64,000 nucleotides of DNA from Candidatus Saccharimonadota bacterium (GCA_016187125.1 JACPKF010000007.1:835-64834), one strand, 5' to 3'; positions 28,333 through 38,098 are shown, counted from the stretch's first letter. Made by a program: numbers and translations. Notes: generated by a model from the letters alone, not told the origin.

Positions 28333-29247
28333 ATGATCTTTGCGTTGATCGGGAGTAATTCCTTTGCGCTGAAACGACGACTTGATGAACTTATAAGTGC
28401 TTTTGTTACAAAAAATGGGGGTTTGGCGCTGGAGCGGATTGACGGCGAAGAAGTCGAGCCTCAAGCTATTCTTGAGGCTTTGCAAAACCTGCCATTTCTG
28501 GCAAAAAAAAAGATGGTAATCGTCAGAGATCCAAGCAAAAATAAAAAAATAGTTGAACAAATCGAACAAATAATTAGCTCAACAAAAGACGATGTGGATT
28601 TGATTTTTGTAGATCCTGAGATAGATCGCCGGACCAGCTATTTTAAGGTGTTAAAATCCCGAACTCGACTCGAAGAATTTAATGAACTTGACAGTCCAGG
28701 CTTGGCAAGATGGCTGGTTAACGAAGCCAAAAAACGGGGCGGTCAACTTAACCTTTCTGATGCTATTTATATGGTTGAGCGGTTGGGCACCAACCAGGCT
28801 TTACTAGCTAATGAGTTAGATAAATTATTGATTTATAAACCAGAAATAACGCGGTCTACAATTGATCTACTGACCACCGCAAATCCGCAAAGTAAAATTT
28901 TTGAGCTTCTGGATGCTGCCTTTAACGGTAAAAAACAAGCGGCACTTGATCTATATGATGAGCAACGAGCCCAAAGAGTTGAACCGCAAGCCATACTGGC
29001 CATGATCAGCTGGCAGCTTCAACAGATTGCAATCGCTAAATACGCAGAAGGTAAATCAGCCGGGGAAATAGCTAAAGACAGCGGCATGAAAGATTATCCC
29101 GTGAGGAAAGCTATGGGTTTGGCAACCAAATTAGAAGCAGAAAAACTTAAAAAACTGGTATCGGCTGCCCTCAACATTGACTTAAAAGCTAAAACTAGTG
29201 GCCTAGACATGGACGAAGCCCTAAAAACTTACATTGCTACAATGTAG
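28333..29247 (+). CDS. holA: DNA polymerase III delta subunit
   Basis: LPFLA.KK.VI, NELDKL..Y, IFELLDA, IDL..KT. Confidence 0.9.
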   Translation: MIFALIGSNSFALKRRLDELISAFVTKNGGLALERIDGEEVEPQAILEALQNLPFLAKKKMVIVRDPSKNKKIVEQIEQIISSTKDDVDLIFVDPEIDRRTSYFKVLKSRTRLEEFNELDSPGLARWLVNEAKKRGGQLNLSDAIYMVERLGTNQALLANELDKLLIYKPEITRSTIDLLTTANPQSKIFELLDAAFNGKKQAALDLYDEQRAQRVEPQAILAMISWQLQQIAIAKYAEGKSAGEIAKDSGMKDYPVRKAMGLATKLEAEKLKKLVSAALNIDLKAKTSGLDMDEALKTYIATM

Positions 29248-29268
29248 GTTACAGTTTACAGTTTACAG

Positions 29269-29643
29269 TTATTTTTTTGCAACAGGTTTCTTAGCAGGCT
29301 TTTTTGTGGCAGGCTTTTTGATCGGAGTTTTTTTAGCTGCTTTTGGCGTGATGACTTTAGGGGTAGCTTTGGAAGGTTTTACGCCGGCGGATTTGGCTTG
29401 GGAAGCTAATCTGGCTTTTTGGCGGGCGGCCTTATTTTTATGAATAACATTTTTCTTGGCTGCCGTATCAATAGCGCTCGTGGCCTGGTTTTGGGCTTTG
29501 ACAATACCGGCAGCTTTACCGCTCTCCATAGCTTTGGCAAAGCCTTTTAAGGCTTCACGCAAATTGCGCCTGGTCCTGGTATTGCGAGCATTAGCTTTGG
29601 CAGCTGTCTTGACGCGCTTTTTAGCAGACTTGATTATTGGCAT
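29269..29643 (-). CDS. rpsT: 30S ribosomal protein S20 with Lys/Ala/Pro-rich tail
   Basis: MP.IKSAKKR, ID.AAKK..IHKNKAAR.K. Confidence 0.95.
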   Translation of the reverse strand: MPIIKSAKKRVKTAAKANARNTRTRRNLREALKGFAKAMESGKAAGIVKAQNQATSAIDTAAKKNVIHKNKAARQKARLASQAKSAGVKPSKATPKVITPKAAKKTPIKKPATKKPAKKPVAKK

Positions 29644-29691
29644 AGGAGGTTACTATACAGAGTGGAGCCCCTCTTGTCAAAGAGTCGGAAG

Positions 29692-29915
29692 ACCTACTTT
29701 GTAAAGTAGGCAAACATTTCGCAACCTTTAACCGTAAAGGTTGCGCCAAACTCCCGGGCGCAGTAAAAACCAGATTGAATATGCCTCAACGGCGACTGCC
29801 GCGCCGAAACAACGACAAGCGGTCTCGTTCGTTAAACATCGGAGGAACGAGACAAAGTTTCGGTTTTACCCGCCAGCCACCTAGCAAATTCATCTGTTTT
29901 CACTGATGCCCGGAC
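29692..29915. repeat. two short palindromes plus a family C structured element
   Basis: cctactttgtaaagtagg; cgcaacctttaaccgtaaaggttgcg; ctcccgggc..gcccggac. Confidence 0.8.
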
Positions 29916-29993
29916 CCAAGAAATTATCCTCTTGCGTACTCATACTCCTTATGGTACTGTTTGAGCATAAACTACAAAACTAAAAAATAAAAA

Positions 29994-30110
29994 ATGGATC
30001 CCGTTAGAACTCAAAAGACCAACAAAAATCACAAAGTGTTTGAAACCTCTACTGCTTTTCAATCGTTAATCAACACTAGAAAGTTAAGTGAGTTCTAACG
30101 GGATGGATCC
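29994..30110 (+). mobile_element. MITE-like element with 13-bp TIR cccgttagaactc, flanked by a duplicated atggatcc gene start
   Basis: TIRs at 30000-30012 and 30090-30102; atggatcc at 29994 and 30103. Confidence 0.85.
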
Positions 30111-31743
30111 AGCGGCAGCCAAGCAGCAAATAGTCGAGCGCATTAAACAAGCCTCTAATATTTTAGTGACGGTCAGTAATAATCCTTCGGTGGATCAACT
30201 GTCGGCTTGTATCGGCTTAACCTTGCTTTTAAACAAAATGGACAAGCATGCTACGGCTGTCTTTTCCGGGCAGGTTCCCTCGACTATCGAGTTTTTGCAA
30301 CCCGAGAAAACCATCGAAACCAACACCGACTCGCTGCAAGACTTCATAATTTCTCTCGATAAAAATAAAGCCGATAAACTGCGCTATAAAGTTGAAGATC
30401 AAGTAGTTCGCATATTTATAACACCGTATAAAACGTCTTTGAGTGAAAAAGATCTGGTGTTTAGCCTGGGTGACTTTAATGTCGAAGTGGTACTGGCTTT
30501 GGGTGTACAGGAACGCACTCAACTAGACGCCGCCATTACCACCCATGGCCGGATTTTGCATGATGCTACGGTTATCGCCCTGGAAGCCGGGAAGGGCAAT
30601 GCGCCCAACATTGGCCAAATTAATTGGCAAGATCCCACGGCCAGCAGCTTATCAGAGATGTTAGTTAGTATTAGCGAGGCTTTTGGTACGGGGCTGATTG
30701 ATAATCAGATGGCTACAGCCTTTTTAACCGGAATAGTAGCCGAGACCCATCGCTTCAGTAACGACAAAACCTCGCCTAGGGTTATGGCTATGGCTGCTCA
30801 ACTGATGGCCGCCGGCGCCAACCAACAGCTAATTGTTTCTAAACTAGAACCGCCACCGCCTCCAGCCGCACCGGTCGCCCAAAAATATACGCCGCCGCCC
30901 CCGCCGCCTGGGCCGTCCACCGGAGTCTTAAATGTTCCGCATAAGGCCGAGAAAGATGACAGCCAGGAAGTGGAAGTAAATTCCGGCGAGATTCACATAG
31001 ACGAAAAGGGCAACATTGTCAGCGATGAATTGCCAGCGGGGCCACCGCCTGGGCCCAAGATAACCCCAGCCCGAGCCTTACCAGAACCTGAGGATTTTAA
31101 GCCGCCAGCTCAGCCGATCTCTCAAAATACTCAAACGGCTATTCCTGGTCCTCATAGCTTACTCAATCCTCGTGAGCATCAACCGTCTATTAGCCCGCCA
31201 TTTACGGCTGACACCAAGCCGGAGTGGTACGATCCTTACAATACCGTGCCGCTTGACCCGTTAAGCGGTGTTTCCCGGCCGGACGACATCATTATTGACC
31301 AGGCAGGGAGCTTACAACCAGCCCAGGCAGAGCCAAGCGCTTCTTCTGGGCAGACTTCTGCGCCGACCGCGCCGACTGTTAACAGTAGTGAAACTGAGCC
31401 GCCATCTGATTTGCCTACCCAAGCCGGTACGGCACAGGCTCAATTACCGGCGGCTCCGCCTCCAATCAAAAACTCGGCGGGAACGCCTGGGATCGATAGC
31501 GCCAGGGGAGCAGTCCAAGGCGCAATAGATGCGGCACCATTTGACCCTAGCGGAAAGCCACTAACAGCTCTCGGGGCTCAACCCCTGAGCTCTGATTTAC
31601 ATGGTAAGATGGCGCCTCCAACCGATCAAAAGCCGGCTGATTCTTTGCCTCCACCGCCGCCTCTACCACCGCCTCTAACACCTTCACCTGGAGTGGTTAT
31701 TCCTGATCCGGCGCCTAGCGCAGGGCAGAATAAGCCAAAATAA
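30103..31743 (+). CDS. degenerate DHH/NrnA-like domain protein with long Pro-rich C-terminus
   Basis: ILV..S.NPS.D, ASS.SE, AT..LTGI..ET..F; the catalytic DHH motif is absent. Confidence 0.75.
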   Translation: MDPAAAKQQIVERIKQASNILVTVSNNPSVDQLSACIGLTLLLNKMDKHATAVFSGQVPSTIEFLQPEKTIETNTDSLQDFIISLDKNKADKLRYKVEDQVVRIFITPYKTSLSEKDLVFSLGDFNVEVVLALGVQERTQLDAAITTHGRILHDATVIALEAGKGNAPNIGQINWQDPTASSLSEMLVSISEAFGTGLIDNQMATAFLTGIVAETHRFSNDKTSPRVMAMAAQLMAAGANQQLIVSKLEPPPPPAAPVAQKYTPPPPPPGPSTGVLNVPHKAEKDDSQEVEVNSGEIHIDEKGNIVSDELPAGPPPGPKITPARALPEPEDFKPPAQPISQNTQTAIPGPHSLLNPREHQPSISPPFTADTKPEWYDPYNTVPLDPLSGVSRPDDIIIDQAGSLQPAQAEPSASSGQTSAPTAPTVNSSETEPPSDLPTQAGTAQAQLPAAPPPIKNSAGTPGIDSARGAVQGAIDAAPFDPSGKPLTALGAQPLSSDLHGKMAPPTDQKPADSLPPPPPLPPPLTPSPGVVIPDPAPSAGQNKPK

Positions 31744-31764
31744 GCCAAAATAGAAGTAGAAAGA

Positions 31765-31797
31765 CCGTATTTACAAGGAGGCTCCTTGTAAATACGG
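31765..31797. repeat. family M palindrome
   Basis: ccgtatttacaaggaggctccttgtaaatacgg. Confidence 0.75.
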
Positions 31798-31822
31798 AAA
31801 ATATTGTATAGTAGCTAACCAC

Positions 31823-32593
31823 ATGGATGGATTTTTGTTAGTTGATAAGCCAATTGGTATGACGTCGCATGATATTGTAGCGAGAGTGCGCGGCGTGCTA
31901 CGCACAGTCGCCAGTCAATACTCAACAGTCGCCAGTCGAAAAAAACTAGGGACTAAGGACTATCGACTAGTGACTCCTTCGGCGAAGCCGAAGGTTGGTC
32001 ACACTGGAACTCTGGATCCGCTGGCCACGGGATTGATGATTTTAGTGATCGGCAGTTATTGTAAACGGGCTAGCGAATTTAGCAAATTGGACAAAACTTA
32101 TGAAGTAGAACTGACGTTAGGAGCTACCAGTACAACCGGTGATACCGAAGGTCACATAACTTCAACTTCAGATAAGCACAACCTAAACAGAATTCAGCGA
32201 TCGCTGAATTCTGTTCCGAAAATAACGGAGGTGCTTAAGACATTTATTGGCGAAATTAAACAGGTTCCTCCAGCCTATAGTGCCATCAAAGTGGGCGGAC
32301 AAAGGGCCTATAAATTGGCGCGGCAAGGGAAGCCAGTCAAAATTGAGCCGCGAAAGGTTATGATCTACGAAATACGATCTACGATCTACGAGTACCCGAA
32401 GCTGTGTTTCACAGCCAGGGTGTCTAGTGGTACATACATCCGGTCACTGGCCGAAGATATCGGTAAAAAACTCGGCACCGGCGCTTATGTTTCAGCTCTG
32501 CGCCGCACCAAAGTTGGAGGCCTTAATATAGAAAATGCTCTCGAAATTGACAAGTTCTCGCTTCCAAACATCGAAAATCACTTGCAAAAGTAG
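31823..32593 (+). CDS. truB: tRNA pseudouridine(55) synthase with in-frame repeat insertions
   Basis: DKP.G.TSHD, KVGHTGTLDPLATG, PPAYSAIK, GTYIRSL. Confidence 0.96.
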   Translation: MDGFLLVDKPIGMTSHDIVARVRGVLRTVASQYSTVASRKKLGTKDYRLVTPSAKPKVGHTGTLDPLATGLMILVIGSYCKRASEFSKLDKTYEVELTLGATSTTGDTEGHITSTSDKHNLNRIQRSLNSVPKITEVLKTFIGEIKQVPPAYSAIKVGGQRAYKLARQGKPVKIEPRKVMIYEIRSTIYEYPKLCFTARVSSGTYIRSLAEDIGKKLGTGAYVSALRRTKVGGLNIENALEIDKFSLPNIENHLQK

Positions 32594-32633
32594 CCAAAGT
32601 GTGATACTATAGAGCAGTTAAATCAAGACAAAA

Positions 32634-33635
32634 ATGACAGAAAGATACACTACAGCTCTATCCGACCCAGTCGAGACAGCCCAACCTGTGGCCGAAACCA
32701 CTGGTAGGATGTCTAAAATCGGTCGCCTTAAGCAGAGACTGGGACGATCAACAGCTCTCCAGCAGCTGGCTTCCTCTAGGTTGTCGGTAACTGAAGATAA
32801 CAACTCTGGGATAACCGCTGATTTACACCCCGGCACCGACCCGGAACCTAGTAAAGTATCCGATTACGAAACTGAAACTCGGGAGGAAGCGGCTGAGGAA
32901 AAATTGCACAGAGAGGACTTAGTGCGTCCCACGCCAAAAGAGCAGGCTTTGCTTTCAGGCAATATTGTTCGTGAGGAGTTCCGTGGAGGAGGGCAGCATT
33001 ATGTGGAGCTGGATAACGGCGAAGCGGGGTTATATTGGCCAGACATGAACACAACTGGCGGTAAGTATCGCAACGAGCGGGCTACTTATTTGGTAGATCG
33101 CGCTTGGCAATTCGGACTAGTCCCAACAACGGTTATGAGAGAAGTTACATATAAGTATGGGAAGAAGGACACAGTCAGCTTCCAAGAGTATATTCCTGAT
33201 GCGATTGACTCCAGAGAAATTAAGGATTTTGAAGCCGCAGAACAATTCTATAATGATTTCTATAAATTATGGATTCTCAACTACAGTATATGGAATACGG
33301 ATCCCCATAAGGGCAACGTTATAGCAACTGATAGACTCTATGCAATTGACCACGAGCATGCCTTTTGGGAAAACAGTAATAGATGGCGCCACTCGTTTAT
33401 GGATATTTACATCTTGGGCGCTAGTGCACCAAAGGACGTAATAGCAGCAGCAGAAATATTTTTAAGTGATAAAGTTCGCCAGGAAGTGCTTGAAGAACAA
33501 CTAAAAGAGGCACTGCAGTGCCCTGATCACATTATCCAAGCTTGCTTGGCGCGCATGATACACGTAGCCGAGATTTTGACCACCAAAGGTAGAATCGAAA
33601 CTCTAGAGGAATTATCAGAATATTCACCAAACTAA
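32634..33635 (+). CDS. PI3/PI4-kinase-like (HipA/SCO1664-like) protein
   Basis: ERATYLVD...FGLVPTTV.R, S.QEY, N.D.H.GN, AIDH..AF. Confidence 0.75.
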   Translation: MTERYTTALSDPVETAQPVAETTGRMSKIGRLKQRLGRSTALQQLASSRLSVTEDNNSGITADLHPGTDPEPSKVSDYETETREEAAEEKLHREDLVRPTPKEQALLSGNIVREEFRGGGQHYVELDNGEAGLYWPDMNTTGGKYRNERATYLVDRAWQFGLVPTTVMREVTYKYGKKDTVSFQEYIPDAIDSREIKDFEAAEQFYNDFYKLWILNYSIWNTDPHKGNVIATDRLYAIDHEHAFWENSNRWRHSFMDIYILGASAPKDVIAAAEIFLSDKVRQEVLEEQLKEALQCPDHIIQACLARMIHVAEILTTKGRIETLEELSEYSPN

Positions 33636-33720
33636 TTCTCGATTCAATAAGTTGACATAATACATAAGTTCAGAAACATATTGTCAGGCTACCCCTAATG
33701 TGCTAGAATTGAGTCCAAGA

Positions 33721-33987
33721 ATGATATCTAGCGAGAAGAAGGCCAAGATTGCTTCCGGTCTTGCCACCCACCAGAACGATACCGGCTCGCCGGCTGTGCA
33801 AGTTGGTATTATGACGGCCCGAATTGCCGAGCTAACAGATCATTTGAAAAAAAATAAGCACGACTACGCCGCCCGCCGAGCACTACTGCAGCTGGTTGGC
33901 AAACGAAAAAAACACCTTAAATACATCGCCGAAGGCAGCAGCGACGCCTATTTAGAACTTATTAAAAAACTTGGTATTAGACGTTAG
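33721..33987 (+). CDS. rpsO: 30S ribosomal protein S15
   Basis: DTGSP.VQV, HL..NKHD, LVGKR. Confidence 0.96.
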   Translation: MISSEKKAKIASGLATHQNDTGSPAVQVGIMTARIAELTDHLKKNKHDYAARRALLQLVGKRKKHLKYIAEGSSDAYLELIKKLGIRR

Positions 33988-34230
33988 AGCCTAGACGCTG
34001 GATGTTAGAAAACTAATATCCAAAATCTAGAAACTAAATTCTAGAATCATTAAATAATTTGGGTGATAAAGCACAGCTACTTCAAAGGTATAAGGTATGC
34101 CGTATGAGGTATAAAGTATTAGAAGAAAAATTCTATACCAAATACCTGATACCAAATACGAAATACGCATTTGAATGGTTGGACCTTGTCACCCAATCGC
34201 CGAAATTTCAAAGAAATTTTTGCGAGTAAA
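33988..34230. repeat. rpsO-pnp leader: 7-nt-period repeats, a long hairpin (ttgggtga..tcacccaa) and a family J hairpin
   Basis: aggtata-type units facing tacc-type units inside a stem. Confidence 0.7.
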
Positions 34231-34250
34231 AGAAAGGTGAATAAAAAATT

Positions 34251-36404
34251 ATGGCTGAGACCATAAACCCCTTTGGTAAAAAAGTAATTAGAGTATCAAC
34301 CGATTTTTGCGGCCGCGAGCTGTCACTAGAGGTAAATCGCGTTGGTTTCCGGACTTCAGCGTCTGTGCTGGCCCGTTATGGCGATACGGTGGTGCTGGGC
34401 ACGGCTATGGTTAGCGACGGCCAAGTACAGGGACTGGATTATTTCCCCTTGAGTATCGATTACGAAGAAAAATTTTATGCGGCTGGCAAAATCAGCGGCA
34501 GCCGTTTTATAAAAAGAGAGGGCCGTCCCAGCGATGAAGCCATTTTAATCGGCCGGTTAATCGATCGCCCAATCCGTCCGCTGTGGCCCAAAGGTTATCG
34601 TAACGAAGTTCAAGGTGTTGCAACGGTCCTTAGCATGGACCCGGGCTTCCGCCCCGACATGGTAGCCATGGTAGCCATGAGCGCCGCCTTTATGTTAACC
34701 GGAGCGCCGTTTGAAGGTCCGGTGGCCGGATTACGCATTGGTCTGGTTGATGGTCAACTTACGGCTTTTGCCAGTCCCGAGCAGCTGGATAAAGGCCCAC
34801 TGGACTTAGTAGTTGCTGGCACGAAGGACGGTATTATGATGGTTGAAGCCGGCGCCAATGAAGTTTCCGAGTCCCAAGTCGTTGAAGCTTTGGAATTTGC
34901 CCACAAGATGGTCCAGCCAGCCATTAAATTGCAGAAAGAACTGGTTGAAAAAGTCGGCGTGGTAGCCCGTGAATATGAACTGCTGAAGCCGGATAAGGAA
35001 ATTGTTGATCGGGTTGAGACTTGGCTAGCTGGAAAAATGGGCGCCAACCTTCGTGCCCCCCATCCGGAGCGCGGTGACATAGTTAAAAAGTTGCGCGATG
35101 CTATGTTTGAACATTTTGAAATGAATCCGCCAGCTGGCGGAGGTGATGATTTTGCCGCCCAAAAAGCCGACTTTGACGAAGCTTTTACTATGGCCCTGCA
35201 TCAAGATTTGCGCCAAGCGGTGCTGCATGAAAATATTCGTCCCGATGGCCGCAAGACTACCGAAATTCGGCCACTTTCCAGTGAAGTCGGCTTTTTGCCT
35301 CGAGCCCACGGCTCCAGCTTGTTTACCCGCGGCGTGACTCAGGCTATGAACATCGTTACCTTGGCGCCGCTTTCCTACGCCCAGATGGTAGACACTATGG
35401 AACGCCAGGGCGAACGACGCTATTTGCATCACTACAACGCGCCGGGCTATACGATAGGTGAAGTCCGACGACTGGGCAGCCCCGGCCGGCGTGAAATTGG
35501 CCATGGTTATTTGGCCGAGCGGGCCCTATTGCCGATGCTGCCAGACGAAGCCGATTTCCCATACACTATCCGCTCAGTAACCGAAATTATGAGTCAAAAC
35601 GGCTCAACTTCGATGGCTGCCACATGCTCCAGTACTTTGGCGCTGATGGACGCCGGGGTGCCGCTAAAAGCCCCAGTTAGCGGTATTGCCATGGGACTAA
35701 TGACCAATGGCACAAAGTCGGTAATTTTAAGTGATATTGCTGATGCCGAGGATTTTGCCGGCGATATGGATTTTAAAGTTGCCGGTACCACCAAAGGCAT
35801 CACAGCTCTGCAAATGGACATGAAAGTTCATGGCTTACCGGTAGAAACCTTGGCCAAGACATTGGAACAGGGCAAAGCCGGCCGGGCTGAGATTTTGCAG
35901 CACATGCTTAGCACTCTGCCTGAAGTCCGGCAACAAATGAGCCCCTACGCACCACGAGTTGAAACCATCATAATCAATCCCGAAAAAATCCGTGAAGTTA
36001 TCGGTAAAGGTGGTGAAACGATCAATAAAATCATTGCCGAAACCGGCGCCGAAATTGATATTAAAGATGACGGTATGGTGATGATTGCCAGTCCGGACAA
36101 AAAATCTATCGATGCCGCCCGCCAGTGGATAGAGAGCATCACGGCCGAACCGGAGGTCGGGCGTATTTACGAAAACGTACCAGTAGTTAACGTCATGGAT
36201 TTTGGCGCTTTTGTGCAGATTATGCCCGGTAAAGACGGACTGGTGCATGTCAGCGAAATGAGCGAGCAGCGGGTAGAAAAACCCAGCGACGTCGTTAAAG
36301 AAGGTGATAAAGTGACCGTTAAATTAGTCTCAATTGACGACCGTGGCCGCTTGCAGCTAAGCATGCGAGCGGCACAGCGAGAAATGAAAGAGAAGAAAGA
36401 CTAA
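34251..36404 (+). CDS. pnp: polyribonucleotide nucleotidyltransferase
   Basis: FIKREGRP, RREIGHG, GDMDFKVAGT, KH and S1 domains. Confidence 0.98.
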   Translation: MAETINPFGKKVIRVSTDFCGRELSLEVNRVGFRTSASVLARYGDTVVLGTAMVSDGQVQGLDYFPLSIDYEEKFYAAGKISGSRFIKREGRPSDEAILIGRLIDRPIRPLWPKGYRNEVQGVATVLSMDPGFRPDMVAMVAMSAAFMLTGAPFEGPVAGLRIGLVDGQLTAFASPEQLDKGPLDLVVAGTKDGIMMVEAGANEVSESQVVEALEFAHKMVQPAIKLQKELVEKVGVVAREYELLKPDKEIVDRVETWLAGKMGANLRAPHPERGDIVKKLRDAMFEHFEMNPPAGGGDDFAAQKADFDEAFTMALHQDLRQAVLHENIRPDGRKTTEIRPLSSEVGFLPRAHGSSLFTRGVTQAMNIVTLAPLSYAQMVDTMERQGERRYLHHYNAPGYTIGEVRRLGSPGRREIGHGYLAERALLPMLPDEADFPYTIRSVTEIMSQNGSTSMAATCSSTLALMDAGVPLKAPVSGIAMGLMTNGTKSVILSDIADAEDFAGDMDFKVAGTTKGITALQMDMKVHGLPVETLAKTLEQGKAGRAEILQHMLSTLPEVRQQMSPYAPRVETIIINPEKIREVIGKGGETINKIIAETGAEIDIKDDGMVMIASPDKKSIDAARQWIESITAEPEVGRIYENVPVVNVMDFGAFVQIMPGKDGLVHVSEMSEQRVEKPSDVVKEGDKVTVKLVSIDDRGRLQLSMRAAQREMKEKKD

Positions 36405-36422
36405 GCGCGGGGAATAAATAAT

Positions 36423-36710
36423 ATGAAACTCTTTAAAATGGGTCCAGAGCCAACTCCCCAAAAACAGTATGAGATGCAACAAAGAATAAGACGCTCAGAT
36501 AAATACATGATCCCTATTTTTATAGGCGGCGCAGTTATATCAGTTATTAATGTTCATAAATATGCTAGTAAGGGTGATGGTGGTAATGCGGTATGGGCTG
36601 CTGTCGCGGTGCTAGCTTTTGGCTTAATTATCGGTCAAATCATAGCCCAAAGAGCCCTAATGAAAGCCCTAAGTAATATAAGAAAAAAGAATGTTAAAAA
36701 AGATATTTGA
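36423..36710 (+). CDS. small membrane protein
   Basis: two TM segments. Confidence 0.6.
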   Translation: MKLFKMGPEPTPQKQYEMQQRIRRSDKYMIPIFIGGAVISVINVHKYASKGDGGNAVWAAVAVLAFGLIIGQIIAQRALMKALSNIRKKNVKKDI

Positions 36711-36927
36711 ACAGACCCGAGGCCAGCAACTAATGCGCAAATGGTGGGGCAGGCTGCTACTGGCTGTAATCTTTTGGGCAATTTCCTATGGTTTTATTTC
36801 GCTGGCCATTGACTCCGGTAGCTTGATTGAATACGCCGCGACACTAATTTTCTTAGCCTACGGTGTCAAGTTTGCCATCCGCGCTATTTATCCAGACCAA
36901 AAAAGGTCCGACCTTGGGAAAAGATAG
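36691..36927 (+). CDS. small membrane protein
   Basis: two TM segments; SLAIDSGSL.EY; tail lies in a family M repeat. Confidence 0.6.
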   Translation: MLKKIFEQTRGQQLMRKWWGRLLLAVIFWAISYGFISLAIDSGSLIEYAATLIFLAYGVKFAIRAIYPDQKRSDLGKR

Positions 36928-36982
36928 GTAAAATCTAGTGATTTTGCATAAAATCTCTTTGCTTTTTCCAAGGTCGGACCTC
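36903..36982. repeat. inverted pair of family M (aggtccgacctt) REP-like units
   Basis: aggtccgaccttgggaaaag ... ctttttccaaggtcggacct; related copies at 42668-42811. Confidence 0.75.
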
Positions 36983-36992
36983 AAGGAGTAAG

Positions 36993-37859
36993 ATGACCAA
37001 ACAAGAAGAACTTGCAAAAATTAAGGCTGATATTGTGAAGCAAAAAATTTGCCCAGACCTGGCCGCCGGTGCCACGCAACTGGTTTTTGGCGATGGTGAT
37101 CCGGACGCCGAGCTAGTCTTTATTGGTGAAGCGCCCGGTAAAAACGAAGATGAGCAAGGTCTGCCATTTGTCGGCGCGGCCGGTAAGTTTTTAAATGAGA
37201 TGCTAGCACTTATAGGGCTAAAACGTGAGGACGTATACATTACCAACATTGTTAAATATCGCCCGCCGGAAAATCGTGACCCATTGCCTGATGAAAAAAC
37301 GGTCTTTTTGCCGTTTTTGCATGCTCAGCTGGCAGTGATTAAGCCCAAAATTGTGGTAACGCTAGGCCGTCACAGCATGGAGTGCTTTTTGCCGGATCTG
37401 AAAATTAGTGTCTGTCACGGCCAAGCCAAAAGGATCAGAGTGGAGAATGGAGAGGGCAGAGTGAAGAAAGTCGTGGCAGGTGGCCAAGTGGCGAGTACGA
37501 TGCAAGGCGCAGGCGAGCAGCGGACTGAAACGTATGGAAAATACGGTGAAGGAGCAGCGCAGCCTGCAACACAGCAGCGTGCCGCAAGTGACAACAGTGT
37601 CGGTGGCTCTGCCGACGACCAGGTTGTTACGTCCTTGGTCATCCTGCCGTTGTTTCATCCGGCGGCGGCCTTATATAACGGCGGAATGCGCCAAACATTA
37701 ATAGACGATTTTATGAAGATACCGCGTATTTTAGCTAAACTTGAGCAGACGCCTAACTCTTTTGATAAACAAAAAACGCGGGAGGTGCAAGTTTCTGTCG
37801 TGTCTCAGCCAGAAGTTAAAAAAGCTGGCCCGAGCCAACTTCAATTAGGTATTAAGTGA
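36993..37859 (+). CDS. udg: uracil-DNA glycosylase family 4 with an in-frame element
   Basis: GEAPG..ED..G.PFVG.AG, ITNIVKYRPP.NR.P, FHPAA. Confidence 0.93.
   Translation: MTKQEELAKIKADIVKQKICPDLAAGATQLVFGDGDPDAELVFIGEAPGKNEDEQGLPFVGAAGKFLNEMLALIGLKREDVYITNIVKYRPPENRDPLPDEKTVFLPFLHAQLAVIKPKIVVTLGRHSMECFLPDLKISVCHGQAKRIRVENGEGRVKKVVAGGQVASTMQGAGEQRTETYGKYGEGAAQPATQQRAASDNSVGGSADDQVVTSLVILPLFHPAAALYNGGMRQTLIDDFMKIPRILAKLEQTPNSFDKQKTREVQVSVVSQPEVKKAGPSQLQLGIK
37470..37620 (+). repeat. family D (RPE-like) element in-frame in udg
   Basis: 20/30 aa identical to the mutM insert core. Confidence 0.88.
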
Positions 37860-37860
37860 T

Positions 37861-38062
37861 GAACCCATCTCACACCTCCACTCCAGCTTCGGAAACTTTG
37901 TGCGGCCTACAACAAGCATACCGCTCGCCCGGCCTTCGTAGCCAAGGCCACTTCGGCGGAGTAGGCTCACCATACCTTACAGGTATGCTTCCTCACCTGA
38001 TGCTTGTTTCGTCTACACCTAAAGGTTTCTCACTTAACAGACTGGAGATATGAAATGGGCTC
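37861..38062 (-). mobile_element. TIR-bounded element with a D-like core and a nested family E hairpin
   Basis: gaacccatctcacacctcca / tggagatatgaaatgggctc; nested gcctactccgccgaag..gaaggccggg. Confidence 0.75.
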
Positions 38063-38098
38063 AATGAAAACTAAATTTAACAGGAAGGAAAATCATCA

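Noticed and set aside
30850..31743. Pro-rich low-complexity tail as a repeat or mobile element
   Set aside because: Protein-level low complexity with no DNA periodicity or palindromy
33636..33700. Possible decayed truB C-terminal duplicate after the kinase gene
   Set aside because: Patchy similarity with stops; not supportable
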